The position numbers and the translations under genes were made by a program. A DNA stretch of 56,665 nt, counting the filler, from Sluysia triapertura (taxonomy: Eukaryota), in assembly GCA_046118255.1 (NCBI GenBank). It is 4 parts of 4 records of this genome, joined end to end, with 100 filler letters (N's around TTAATTAATTAA, not from the genome) between each part and the next. Parts side by side here need not be neighbours in the genome. Positions count along the whole stretch, not along the records: positions 11,783 to 34,143 come from JBJNIA010230677.1; 3 more parts are not named here. One strand, 5' to 3'. The notes beneath the pieces are model-generated. The model was not told where the DNA came from, did not search any database, and saw nothing but the letters and a program-made list of their open reading frames with translations. Positions 11,890 through 23,460 of this stretch are shown here, in pieces; position 1 is the first letter of the stretch, and each line of letters begins with the position of its first letter.

Positions 11890-12061
11890 AATATTATTCT
11901 TGATTGTTCTACATCAATATCGTAAATGATGGAATTAGATGATGGAATTACTTGAATTGGTAAAAAACAACAAAAAATATTCAAAGAAATAACAAAACTA
12001 TGTTTGTAAAATCTAACAATTTTAAAACTTTTTAGCGCCCCCATCCGGGGACTCGCCCCCT
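11890..12061. repeat. Dispersed repeat family C (probable DNA-transposon derivative)
   Basis: Reverse complement of 53918-54085 at high identity, with a GC-rich end GCGCCCCCATCCGGGGACTCGCCCCC. Confidence 0.75.
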
Positions 12062-12679
12062 AGTTTCAGCACGTTTTTAGTAGATATGAGCGCAATATAA
12101 ATTAATATATTATTATTAATATTAAGTGAACAATCAGATCATAAAATCTTATTTAGTTCGTATTAGTTTTAAATTCCTTTAAGAGTGCCCACCATTAAGG
12201 TCGAAAGACACTAAATTATTTGCGAACCCTTTACTTTATTTACATTTTATAAAATAAGTTTAAAATAAATTTTCATAGTAAATCAAACGAGATGAATAAT
12301 GTTTTAAATATTTTAATTTAACTCTGTGTTAACTTTAAATTAAAAATTCAATAAATGAAAATTAGATTTAACCTCAATTACATTCACTATATCACAATTA
12401 ATACAATGTATCAATTATCACAATATCTTATTAACTCAATTAGAGTCAAATAACCCAAATAATTATTAAATCTAATAAATGTTTAAAGTACAAATGATAA
12501 ATCAATTAATTAACAATTAGCTTTATGCGGCACTAATGTAACCATTACGTCAATAAATATACATAATAATAATAATTATTATTATTTTTACATTGTACTT
12601 TTTATTTCGAAAAGTGAATTTTTACAATATTTACCTTTTTATTTTTGAATTTAGCAAACAAAAATAATTTCTAAAGCGC

Positions 12680-14419
12680 CTATTGTTCAATAAGTAATAA
12701 CATGAATAATACTCGACTAACCTCATAGCGAGTAACGATCAATATCAGAAGAATTAAAAGAGGAGAATACATAACCACAAAAACAATTAAAGTCAACGAT
12801 GCTCTTTTGGCAGTTCGGCTTTCCATTTTTCTTTTTCCGACTTCTTGATTTGGCTTTTTAACTACACACACATTTCCTGCAATTTCTGTATTTTTCTTGA
12901 TTGGCATTTCCACTTTTTCTGGTTCTAAAGCGGCTCCAGTTTCTGTGATGACTTTGAATTCAGATTTTTTAAATGCTGAAGCAGCTGTCACAACAGATCT
13001 AACTAAGCGTAGTTTTTGTGTGCTTCGGTTTGCGCTTTTCAAAGAACTGCTTTCTGAATGAAAATTTTCTGCAGCTTTCGAATGATCTATGTCATTTTTC
13101 TGAATCGCTTCTGAATCTACCGTATCTAGTACGGTCTTTTCGTTTTGTGCCACAGTAACAGTTTCTGGTGCTGGCAATTTTTCAAATGTTTCCTGAAAAA
13201 CAGAATCTTTATTTGTAAGACCATCTTCAGTTTCTATTGTTTTCTTCACTGAATCATCGGCCAAAGGTGTCATCATTTCCGTGGGTTTACTTTCTGTATT
13301 AATCACATTGTTCGAAACAGAAATATTTTCTGAAACCGTTTCCAAAGTAACGGGAACTGATTTTGATTTTGGCAGCATGTTTTCTGTCTTAATTTCTGTA
13401 AAATCCGAATTTGTCACAGCATGTCCTTTAGTTTCTACAACACATTTTTCATTAGACAAATCGTACGATTCCAAATTTCGAACTTTAACATTTTTTACGA
13501 ACTTCTTAGGCTCCTTATTTCCATTTCCTTTTTGTGTCGAACATGTAATCTTTTCTGCGCCCTCTTTTTTAGGTCGTCTCGGTAACCGAACCACTGTTTC
13601 GTCTGATTCTAACAATGGTTCGGTTTTAATTTTAGATTTCCTAATGACAACTGTTTCACCTTCTACTTGGGTTTTCTTTTTCCTGGGTAAAGTTACGACG
13701 TTACCATCACCATGGTCGATAGCAGCGTGTTCTGCTTCTTTGGTTTTCTTCTTCGAAGAACTTGAAGTCGCTGAATGTTTATGAACAAATAAAATGATCA
13801 GCGAATATAAAACAGATACGGCAAGGATGGTGAAGGAAATACTGGCAATCCAAAATAGATAAAACAGCAGATCGGTCAGCGATATTTCCAAATATTGTAT
13901 TGTTCCAAATATCAAAGACTGTTCAGAAAACACATAACATTGCAGTTCTAATGGAGTTCTAAAAGACAATACAATCTCAGTGATGGCAACGGAAATTGAA
14001 AATGAAATAGAAATAATAATATGGATTTTAATACGTCGTGCTCGCTTCGTCTTTTCAAGCGGATTTCGAATAGCTTCCAGTCTGTCGTAACTAATGGAAA
14101 CCAGCAGAATCATTTGGTTGTAGCTTGTAACAGTATCTATGAACTGAACGATCTGACAGGCCCACATCCGAGACTGAGTGCCGGTATCACCGGAATGTGA
14201 GTTCATTATCAGTATTAAAAAAGGTGTCAAAATAACAGTGACCAGATCGTTAATGGAAATGCATATTACTAAAGAATTGGCGGAATTCTTCAGCGATTTC
14301 GCTTTCACAGTCGCATAGATGACAAAGCCGGTACCGGCCATACTGATGAAACAGTTAATGATACAGAGAGCCGAAAATGGAGCCGAAAAATATAAATCAA
14401 TTTGGATTGTGTAACCCAT
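12680..14419 (-). CDS. Intronless class A (rhodopsin-like) GPCR with a very long ICL3; TM7 truncated, so possibly a pseudogene
   Basis: TM1-5 with NSLVICISINDL (TM2), a Cys at the top of TM3 and SISYDRLEAIRNPL (DRY-like). Hydrophilic loop of more than 300 aa. TM6 ESRTAKRASLTLIVFVVMYSPL. The frame stops before any NPxxY. First ATG at 14419. Confidence 0.85.
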   Translation of the reverse strand: MGYTIQIDLYFSAPFSALCIINCFISMAGTGFVIYATVKAKSLKNSANSLVICISINDLVTVILTPFLILIMNSHSGDTGTQSRMWACQIVQFIDTVTSYNQMILLVSISYDRLEAIRNPLEKTKRARRIKIHIIISISFSISVAITEIVLSFRTPLELQCYVFSEQSLIFGTIQYLEISLTDLLFYLFWIASISFTILAVSVLYSLIILFVHKHSATSSSSKKKTKEAEHAAIDHGDGNVVTLPRKKKTQVEGETVVIRKSKIKTEPLLESDETVVRLPRRPKKEGAEKITCSTQKGNGNKEPKKFVKNVKVRNLESYDLSNEKCVVETKGHAVTNSDFTEIKTENMLPKSKSVPVTLETVSENISVSNNVINTESKPTEMMTPLADDSVKKTIETEDGLTNKDSVFQETFEKLPAPETVTVAQNEKTVLDTVDSEAIQKNDIDHSKAAENFHSESSSLKSANRSTQKLRLVRSVVTAASAFKKSEFKVITETGAALEPEKVEMPIKKNTEIAGNVCVVKKPNQEVGKRKMESRTAKRASLTLIVFVVMYSPLLILLILIVTRYEVSRVLFMLLLIEQ

Positions 14420-14909
14420 GGACAATTTATTAATTCCTAATCGAAATTATTACTTTTTGAATAATAAATTCATTCTTCATTCTGATTGGTTTATAGTTTA
14501 TCAATATTATATCAAATAATAACAGTTATTATGAAAAGACACAAAAATTACAAATCTATTTTTGATTTTCTTTAATTGTTTCAGTAATTGATTCAATTTT
14601 GATATTTTGTCTACACGTCCAACAATAAATAATCAATTCATATTAATTAGACTCATATTTTAATAACAATTCAAACAAATTCATTTCTAAAATTAGTAAC
14701 ACATTAGTTTCGGTTTACAGTTGATGTCGTAGCTGTCAAACGATCTTTTATATTTGTTTTTTTGTTCGTTAAAATTGATTAAATAATTAATTTAATTAAT
14801 ATTTGATATATATGACTGGATAAACATTTGGAATCAGTGACCTTGAATAGGTACACCTCGTAAATTAATATTTGAAAATGATTACGATACAAATAAGGAA
14901 GAAAGACAA

Positions 14910-15385
14910 TTGTTAATAATGACGATGGTAATAATAATGATTATTATTATAATACTGATGATAATAAAAATAATAATGATTATAAAAATAATGATAATAT
15001 TAATAATAATGATAATGAATATAATAATAATACTAATAATAATCATGATAATGATTAAAGTACTGATAATAATAATAATAATTATAATTATAAAAATAAT
15101 GGCAATATTAATAATAATAATAATGATTATAATAATGGTACTAAAATAATGATGACAATAATAATGATTATTATAATCATAATATTAATATAATGATAAT
15201 AATAATCATTATAATAATGATAATAATAATCATTATAATAATGATAATAATAATGATTATGATGATGATACTAATAATAACAATGATAATAATAATAATG
15301 ATAATAAAAATAATGATTATAATGATGGTACTAATAATAATGAAAATAATAATAATGATTATTATAATGACAATAATAATAATGG
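14910..15385. repeat. Degenerate (AAT/GAT)n microsatellite
   Basis: Visible trinucleotide periodicity; source of the spurious poly-Ile ORFs. Confidence 0.95.
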
Positions 15386-15710
15386 AAGGGCAATTATGCA
15401 TGAACAATTAAGGTTTTCAATTGAAGTTTTGAATGATATCAAAATGATTCAAATGACGAACAAATTATCATTCTTTATTCTGATATCATTTATTATTCTT
15501 ATTTTCAAATGATATTTAAATGTTTATACAAACAGACACAAACCACGGAATTTGTGTGGTTATGTAAAAAATAAATTTTAAGACGTTTAATATGTAAATA
15601 TAACTAACTGTACGATGGAAATAATTTTTATTAACATATTCCACATACACACAAACTCCACACACAACCAATCTAGTACTTACACTTAGTATATTTAACG
15701 TAATTATTAT

Positions 15711-15846
15711 TGTTAGACTTCATGATATGGACTGGTCGGAGATCGAACCTGGGATCTCTCGTTGCGCTACCCACTGGGCTATCAGCTCAGTCTAACAATT
15801 TTTAGATTACTATATTCAATTATACTACATGGCACTTTATGAATCA
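15711..15846 (-). mobile_element. Family A tRNA-containing LTR-like element
   Basis: TGTTAGACTTCAT end, B box (GGTTCGATCT on minus), degenerate A box and family upstream segment. Flanks TTAT/TTAT if the decayed far end is placed at 15846. Confidence 0.7.
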
Positions 15847-16963
15847 TTATGAATCAATTAATATTCATTAATAAAGCGGAAAATAATGCCCAAATTAGAA
15901 GAAAATGTTCAACTTAACACGAATTAATCAATATGTTGAGTTTGGTTAAAACTGAAGTAGACATAAGGGCTATAACTTATAGTATAAGAAAGAACTCTTT
16001 ATAAGGCCTTACTAGTTAGAATATGAGATTACATTTAATAATTAATTTAATAATTTAGTGAAGAATGTGTGCATTTAATAAAATAACATTCGAATTAGTG
16101 TGTGCAATTCCTAATGCTGAAATGTTACGAAGCACATCGATATAGATAATGTAAAAATTAGTTATTTTAATTAAAGTATATATTAAAATAATGCTCATGA
16201 ATATACCAACTCAAATATGTTATTGAACTCGACGTGCGACAAATGACGTATTAAATAAATTCAGTACTTGATTAGTTTTGTGTTTGTTTTAAGTTAATGA
16301 ATTATTTTAATAGTAAACATTGCTGTAATAATAATATTAAATTTTGATTAGAATGTGTTAATAAAATAAGGGCATTGTTTATCATATATTCCATTATCTT
16401 TGCAGGAGACAATAAAATTGGAAACCAACGGAAATTACTATTGAAATTTAATTATTAAAATTGCTGGGCTTATGACTGACTAAAAAATGAATAGTATTAT
16501 AAGTAATTATTTCCATTTATCCTATTTTTAATCTCTTAAGAAATTATCCAAATACTACATGAACTGTCGTATTTTTTGAGTACAATTAGAAAACAAAACA
16601 TTTGGATAAGTTGCCAATAAGAGAGCCACCTCAAAGCATCTGTGATAAACACTGTGATTGAGAGGACTAAACTGTTGATGAAGCTTTGTTTTACTGTTGA
16701 GGTTAGTAACCTACTTTTATTGTTTAACGGGCATTAACATTTTTAGTGTTGTGCCATCCCCGGATTTTTATAGATTTAGTAAATGAAACAGTGATTTATT
16801 ATTGAAGGTGTGCAAATAAAATATAACGTATCTAACGTAACAATTTACATTCATAGATTTAATTTGACAATCTATTTCAACAATATATAAGTAAGTAAGT
16901 AAGTAAATTAATCAAAAAATTAAGACTAGACAAATTTTTGAGAAAAAATTTTCGCAAACAGTT

Positions 16964-17028
16964 GGATCATTTGAGAAATACGTGTTGGAATCAAATAAGG
17001 AAAATTCCATTTGGTCAAACGAATATCT
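16964..17028 (+). pseudogene. Possible fragment of O6-methylguanine-DNA methyltransferase
   Basis: With two 1-nt frameshifts it reads GSFEKYVWNQIRKIPFGQTIS, similar to the GTxFQxxVWxxLxxIPYGxTxSY motif. No PCHRV found downstream. Confidence 0.35.
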
Positions 17029-17795
17029 CTTCTTTTCGATAACATTTAATAATTTAAGATCACGTTAGATTTATTTGAATAAACGTTATATAATCTTAAG
17101 CGGTATTAAAATCCACTATAAAATTTTGTTATATTTTTAAAGGACCGTTTTAAATAGGTCCGCTTCAAAATTATAATTTTTTAAAATTATAAAAATTAAG
17201 GTTTGAGTAAAAACCCTATTTCATTACTTTTATTTTGATAATAAATTATTATAGAATAGTTATTTTTAATAATTGATAATATAAATAACTGTAACGTGAT
17301 AATATAAATAATAATTGATAATATAAATAATGCCTTTTTAAAAAATCCTCAAAAATATCTTGTTACAATCCTATATTAAATAAGGTCTTCAAATACATTT
17401 GTAAATATTATTTTGTAAAATTATTTGATAAAAAAATGTAAAAATTTATTTGATTATAAATAATTATCTTAGAAAATTTGTAAATAAAATTAAAACATTA
17501 ATGTTTAATTTTGTAAAATAAAAATTTTAATTGATTAGAAAGAAAAAACGTTTTATAAATAAATATAACTAAATTTAATTTAAAACTTGATAATTATTTT
17601 TAAATGAAATTAAAATCTTTATGATAAAATAAAAAAGTCTTAAAATAACTTTATACTTATTTTATTCTTATAAAATAATAATAAACAGTTTTTTAAGAGA
17701 ATGTAAAAGGCATTGAATTTATTTAAAAACACAAAGAAAATTTTTATAAAGCTTTACAAGATATATTGCTGGAATAGGTTCAAGAAATAGTTTTG

Positions 17796-17886
17796 ATACA
17801 ATAATTTGGACAAAGGATTGATTTGATTATTATACAATAAATTGGACAAAGGATTAATTTAGTTATACAATAATTTGGATCAAGGT
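17796..17886. repeat. Short tandem repeat, 3 copies of 33-36 bp
   Basis: An ATACAATAATTTGGACAAAGG-like core occurs three times. Confidence 0.85.
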
Positions 17887-19065
17887 CGCTGTAAAGTTCG
17901 GATTATAATTTGGAAAGAAGATTCATTTGGAAATTATTTTGTTCACGTAAGTTGATAATTATTAATATGTGCAAAAATAACTTCTGCATTAATATTCTCA
18001 CTTAAAATCATTTTAATCACGCCAAGTATCACACCTGGTTTTATTATTTTTTAAAATTGAAAAAATAAAGATACATTTCTTTACTTTTAAATTGCTTCTG
18101 TTCTTGCCATATTTGTTATATCTATTTGTAAAAAGTATTATTTACTTAATAAAACTTCGTTTTTTGTGTATTTTTCATTAATTAATTTATTGAAAGAAAA
18201 TTTAAATTGATAACGTAAAGAAGTTAAGTTTAACAAATAAATTGAGTCAAATTGTTACAAATTATTAAAGCGATTAAGGTAAATTAATTTAGAGAATTAA
18301 AGATAATTCTTAGGTTCCATCACACTACTCTTGATCTCGTAAAACTTAGACAAGTATTGATAGAAAGATCATAAGAAAATTAGTGACCCTCCATTTGATT
18401 CTCTTAAGAAAGCTTTAATTATTTTCAATTAGTGACATATCTGTAATTGCGTCCTCGTTCATACATAAATTGCAATATACAGACGAACCTTATCGTAATA
18501 AAATCTTTCATAATTGTTTATTTTTAAGAAGAAATCGAACATATTTAATAATTAAATCATAAAATTCACTTTCTGAGTAGATTTACTAAAGTAAAACCTT
18601 AAAACTAAAATCCTATAGGCAGCCCTTAATTGAGTAAGTCTTATACTATAGGCGGATTCTTCATATTTTTAGAATAAAAGAGTAATTTATTGATAATTTA
18701 TTGTTGTAATTAAAAATTATGTTGAGATTTTGTATTAATTTAATTGTTGAGTTGTACTTAAATATGTTTGAAAAACACAACCAAGATATAAAATTAGTCA
18801 TTTACACCAAAAGCAGTCCTTCTGTTGTTTCACACAAGAATGAGGTTGATTTTGTAGTACTGACTTTAAGCTGACCACTTTCCCATCAGTGACAAACAAA
18901 ATCTAATCTAATTCAGAATAATAAAATCAAAATTTAACATAATTGTTACAACAATAATGCATCAATTTATATTGTCAAAATAACAGTAATAACAATAATA
19001 ATAATTCGAATATTTGCCTAATTAATTCTTTTCATTTAATTGTTTTGAGGAAATAATAAATTTAA

Positions 19066-20621
19066 TTAAAATTTTAGTAACGTTGGTTTATGGAGTGTTA
19101 TTTTTAATTGAAAACAATTTAGTTGAGTGTTGAACTTTTTAAATTTGAAGTTAAATTTTGTTTGTATTATTAAATATAAATTCGTTCGAATATTATATTT
19201 TAAAATTTTATTTAGGTTTATTATGAACAAATTAAGCAAATCAATTAACAAGGAATTAACAAATATAATAATTTTTATATTTTTTGTTAAAACACAAAGT
19301 TTAAGTTTCATTGTTATTGTTATATCCTGGCGTACGTTATTCAGCCTTGGCCAAGAATTATCATCTAAAATAAAATGAAAATTTAAATTATAAATAAAAT
19401 GAATAAAAGAAATAATTACGTTACTAGGATACTGCAAAACTTGCAGATTAAACGCCATTATATTTTTATCTTTAAACCATAAATAGTCTATGCAATTAAC
19501 TTTATTAGAATTTACTTTGATATTATTTTGGGATGAACAAATTTCCAGTAGAGCAAAAACATTTACTGTAATACGCTTTTGTAATTTTCGCGTAATTTCG
19601 GTAAAAATATTATACAATCCGCAAGTTATGATATCATCGCCGTCTCTACTAATACTCTTACAAATACTCATACAAACGTTTGTATAATCATCATTAATAA
19701 CATTATCATAATCAGTAATTTTATTCACTTTATCTTTTTTAGAGCTTTTATAGACAATGTTTATTTTATAATTTAAAACATTTGGTAAATCTAATAACTT
19801 GAGAAAATCTCTGAAAATTCTATCAATTAATGTAAATATAAAATCAAAAATCATATTATCATTGATAAAATGGATAAGACAACTCATCACATTATGAGCA
19901 GAGTCACTACGAACATTTATTTCATCCTTTGTATTTAACACAAAATAAGGTAAGTTATCACAAAACGTTATTGTTGGTTCATTATGAAAAGGTGTGAAAT
20001 AACTGAATTAAAATGTAACATGTAATGAAACATTATCTTGTGCTACAAATTTTAAATTATCTTTACTATGAACGGTCATCAAAACGTTAAATGAAATGAC
20101 GATATTCTCTTTATTACAACTGTAGCGTTTCAGAAAATCAATTGAGATGATCATAAATTTATCAACATCATTCGCTTGACTCTTTTTCTCTTTCGGTATA
20201 TTCTCTATTCGGCATATAATATATTTCATTAGCGACTGAACTAGTTCTTTAATAAATAATAAACGCTTACTATATGTATACATTGGATCCAATGATTGAA
20301 AATTTGTAACAAACTTTTTATCCATTCTAAAACTGGAACTATGTATTCTGAATTTCGTACAAGGATTGAATAACATCGGTCTATAGACTCAAAATTGACA
20401 CATGTGAATTTTGCCTATAAATTACTAATTACTAAACTAAATAATTTACCACTATTCTCAGTTGATACTAAAGATACCATAATTAAAATATCAGATATTT
20501 GATAAATTGAATCATATTGTGTTCCATGCAACTTTTTAATTTCATTTACTAGTTGACGAACTGATGCCATGAATTCGATTTCAAAATTAAGATTAGGATT
20601 GTACTGTAACTCTTTATTCAT
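19066..20621 (-). pseudogene. Orphan ORF family, copy 2 (about 515 codons; two internal stops and a frameshift)
   Basis: ORF pieces 20415-20621, 20008-20376 and 19066-19941 are colinear with 4730-6230. A 291-codon stop-free run is unlikely by chance at this AT content. Confidence 0.75.
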
Positions 20622-20815
20622 TTAGTTTGACGTGGATTGATTCTTTGATTACGCTTTAGTATTTTTTTGTAATTTTTCTATCTTGAAAACTTTTTACTAC
20701 TTTAATCTATTAATAATTTTTTCTAATTGTGTATACGTTATAAATTTTGAGAAATTCTGCTCATGATTGATTATTATGTTTGTACTAATGAAAAGCACAA
20801 CTGCAATTTGTCCGG

Positions 20816-20878
20816 ATTGTTTGTCAAACCAGAGATATGGAAAGCAATGAGCAGAGAAATTCTGGTCGGTCAGTAAAT
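20816..20878 (+). ncRNA. Hairpin HP1, copy 2 (partly decayed)
   Basis: Arms align with 6432-6497. Two A-T to G-C compensatory changes, but about 6 mismatches. Confidence 0.35.
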
Positions 20879-20891
20879 AATGATACACTAT

Positions 20892-20954
20892 GCAACTATC
20901 AATGGTGATGAAAATTTGTGCGTAGTAAGTAGTGGTGTCTCCATTGATAGTGGT
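20892..20954 (+). ncRNA. Hairpin HP2, copy 2
   Basis: 19-position stem GCAACTATCAATGGTGATG / TGTCTCCATTGATAGTGGT with 3 G-U pairs, 2 mismatches and a 25-nt loop. Four compensatory changes versus copy 1. Confidence 0.65.
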
Positions 20955-21004
20955 AATCATTGATTAAATGACAATAAGAAAAATTAGTTTTTAAAATAAT
21001 TAAA

Positions 21005-21009
21005 GAATG

Positions 21010-21049
<40 letters not shown>

Positions 21050-21090
21050 CAAATATAATGATAAAATTGATAATAATAACAATGACAATA
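21005..21090. repeat. (AAT)n microsatellite
   Basis: Direct inspection. Confidence 0.9.
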
Positions 21091-21187
21091 TTGTTATGTT
21101 ATTCTTGAACATAATCTTGCTTTTATTCTTTTGTATTTCTCAACATATGTGAAAAGGTTGGTTTGAGTAAATGCGAAAGAGATAAAT

Positions 21188-21575
21188 TATAGTAGAACTC
21201 TTATTATATTATGTACAATGTTGATAGTGTGATTGTTCTTTTTCTATTTTTTAAGTGGTATTGTCTTTGTGCTGTTAGTGATTATATAATAATAAATGAT
21301 GAATTTAAAATGTTGAAGTCGATTCGAAGGTGTCGAATGGATAATTTCGAATGTGGTTGAAGTTTGATTGTTATGAATGTGAAGTAAAATATTTTTGATG
21401 GACATTAGTGGTATTGGATGTAAATGTGATTTGTATGTTATGAAATTGTGAATGTGACTTGATTCTGGTAGATGAACTGTTTTATGAGTGTGTATGAGAT
21501 AAGTATGTGAATATTAGAGTGTTGAAGGATTATTTTATTTTTAAAATGTAATAATAGTGAAGGTTGACTACCATA
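21188..21575 (-). mobile_element. Gypsy-type LTR, probably solo (left boundary tentative)
   Basis: Aligns with 7140-7513. Homology stops exactly at the LTR start (TATGGTAGTCAACC) with no PPT upstream. Flanks TAAAT/AAAAT. Confidence 0.65.
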
Positions 21576-22758
21576 AAAATTATTTGAATTGTTTTATAAA
21601 TGCAAATTTTAATTAACAATAAGTAAGTTTTAATTAATGTAATTAAAAATTTGTATCTCCGTTTTTAAAATGTATAAACAAAGATTACAAAAATCACAAT
21701 ATTCGTCGATATTTTACCAAATCGCCATTTAATTAGAGAATCATAGGACCTCAGGCGGCCTTTTCAATTAATCAACATTATTGTACAAAAGTATACAGTA
21801 AGCTTTGTATGTGTAAGTTTTATCTTTCGTAAGAGAAGATTTAAAATCAATTTAAATTTAAAATTCGTTTTTAGACCATTTAAAGGTAGTCTTAAAATTA
21901 TACTTACTTGATTATGCAATCATTGTATTATATTTTTGTCAAGGTATAAATTTTGGTCTTTTTTAGAAAGGTAAATAAAGCGTACAAAATTCTCATTGGA
22001 TAATATAATTGAATTAAATTGAAAGGTGTGGAAAGTATGTGAGTAAGTATTAAAATTAAATAATTGATGGAGCATTTGGAATAGAAAATCTCATCCAATT
22101 ATTAATTTTGTAAATAACAAATACAATGGTGGCCAAATTATTAGACTAAAGATCATTTTTGTAATAATAATTCAACATTTTTCAAGGATACTGTGAAACT
22201 ATTAATCATAACATTGTCAGGGAAAATATAAAATGTTGGACAATAACTACTTTCTCCAAAAAAATTCTGGTAAAAGTAAAATAATAGATAAAAATAAATA
22301 ACAAGTGGATTCTTATTTACCAGTCGATCATTTTATTATTGACAAATTATTGTGGTAAATTTGGATTCAATTATCTGAAGGAGTTTATCATTTACTACAT
22401 CAACACATTGGTAAAGTGTCAAATTGAATTTGTTTGATCGAATACATTCAACGCTATTTTGGCAAAGAGTTACATTATTGTCCTATCCGGAATTACATTA
22501 TTTTTTAAAATTGAAATTTTAAGTTTTTATTACTTGTTGTCAGACTTTTGTGGTGGCTTAAGCCAGTAATAAAATATGACTGAAACACATTAGGAAAAAG
22601 AAATCAATGTAATAAACATTAATTGTATCATTCATTATTAATTATTTTTGTTTAAAAACAGTATTTTGTAATCATCTTCTTGTAGTTATTTATAAAGTTT
22701 TATTTTATATAATAAAGTTTCAACACAATTTGTTTCGGATTATTTTGAAAGATAAGTT

Positions 22759-23009
22759 TGTAGTGTTCAACTCTTTCACTAACCCCTAATATACGCATGC
22801 ACAAACATCCAATACACATGACACCCTTGCCACATCGTTCACTCATAATAACACCTAAAATATAATATACTTCAGACATATTATCAATTTTAAATATATA
22901 ATATTAACACTTTATCTAAAGTACAACGTAATTCAGTTAAATTACAGTAAATTATCCAATAACGACACTTTAATTCGCCAATATCGCCCTACCCAAATAC
23001 ACCACCATA
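22759..23009 (+). mobile_element. Related solo LTR candidate
   Basis: Starts TGTAGTGTTCAACTCTTTCACTA (similar to TGTGGTGGTCAACCTTCAC) and ends CACCACCATA. No clean TSD. Confidence 0.45.
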
Positions 23010-23287
23010 GTGTTAATTTTTACATTCTCCTTTTATTTTTTATTATTCCAATATAAATAAAGATATCTTGAAATTTTGTAAAAACAATTCATTTGTAGTT
23101 TTTTTTTAGTTTGTTTATTATTTTGGGAACCATTTCCAGTTTCAGCCCGCCTGTTCGATTATACAATAAAATCTATGAAGTTAAACCACTAAGTGAATAT
23201 GCTTAAACATAAAATCGGAAATAAATAATGCTGTCAAATTCAAGATGGTGATTTTATATTGTGAACTTTCATCTAATCGAACAATAG

Positions 23288-23460
23288 CTGTTGATGAAGT
23301 TGAAGCTGCGAAAAGACAAAATGAAGCTGAAATTGCAAGATTACAAGCAATTGATAAAAAAGCAGAATTAAAAATCACAAGCCTTGAAAAACAGTTAATT
23401 CAAAAGGTGGAAGAAAATCAAGAATTGAATAAAATCTGTGAAGAACTTATCACAAAATAA
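23288..23460 (+). CDS. TACC: Terminal exon of a TACC (transforming acidic coiled-coil) protein
   Basis: After acceptor AATAG (23287) it reads AVDEVEAAKRQNEAEIARLQAIDKKAELKITSLEKQLIQKVEENQELNKICEELITK*, matching the TACC C-terminal signature (SLExxLxQKxxENxELxxICDELI). Upstream exons not found. Confidence 0.85.

Noticed and set aside
13281-13784. 167-aa ORF antisense to the GPCR
   Set aside because: Shadow ORF of the coding strand with no motif support; same reasoning for 19127-19378, 23181-23378 and 46203-46496.
14910-15411. Poly-Ile/Met ORFs, and similar poly-Val/Thr/Leu ORFs at 41297-41500 and 44983-45359
   Set aside because: They are translations of trinucleotide microsatellites.
17796-17886. 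CRISPR-like repeat-spacer array
   Set aside because: Eukaryotic context, spacers only about 12-15 nt and similar to each other, no cas genes: an ordinary minisatellite.
17990-18110. Histone H3 pseudogene (minus strand ATGGCAAGAACAGAAGCAA, MART...)
   Set aside because: Similarity is limited to about 6 codons, with no histone-fold sequence downstream. MARTLQ at 5125 is likewise coincidental and internal to the orphan ORF.
4730-21575. A single 17-kb LTR element that captured the GPCR
   Set aside because: An artificial contig linker lies between the two LTRs, the LTRs are far more diverged than the nearly intact GPCR would allow, and no PBS was found.
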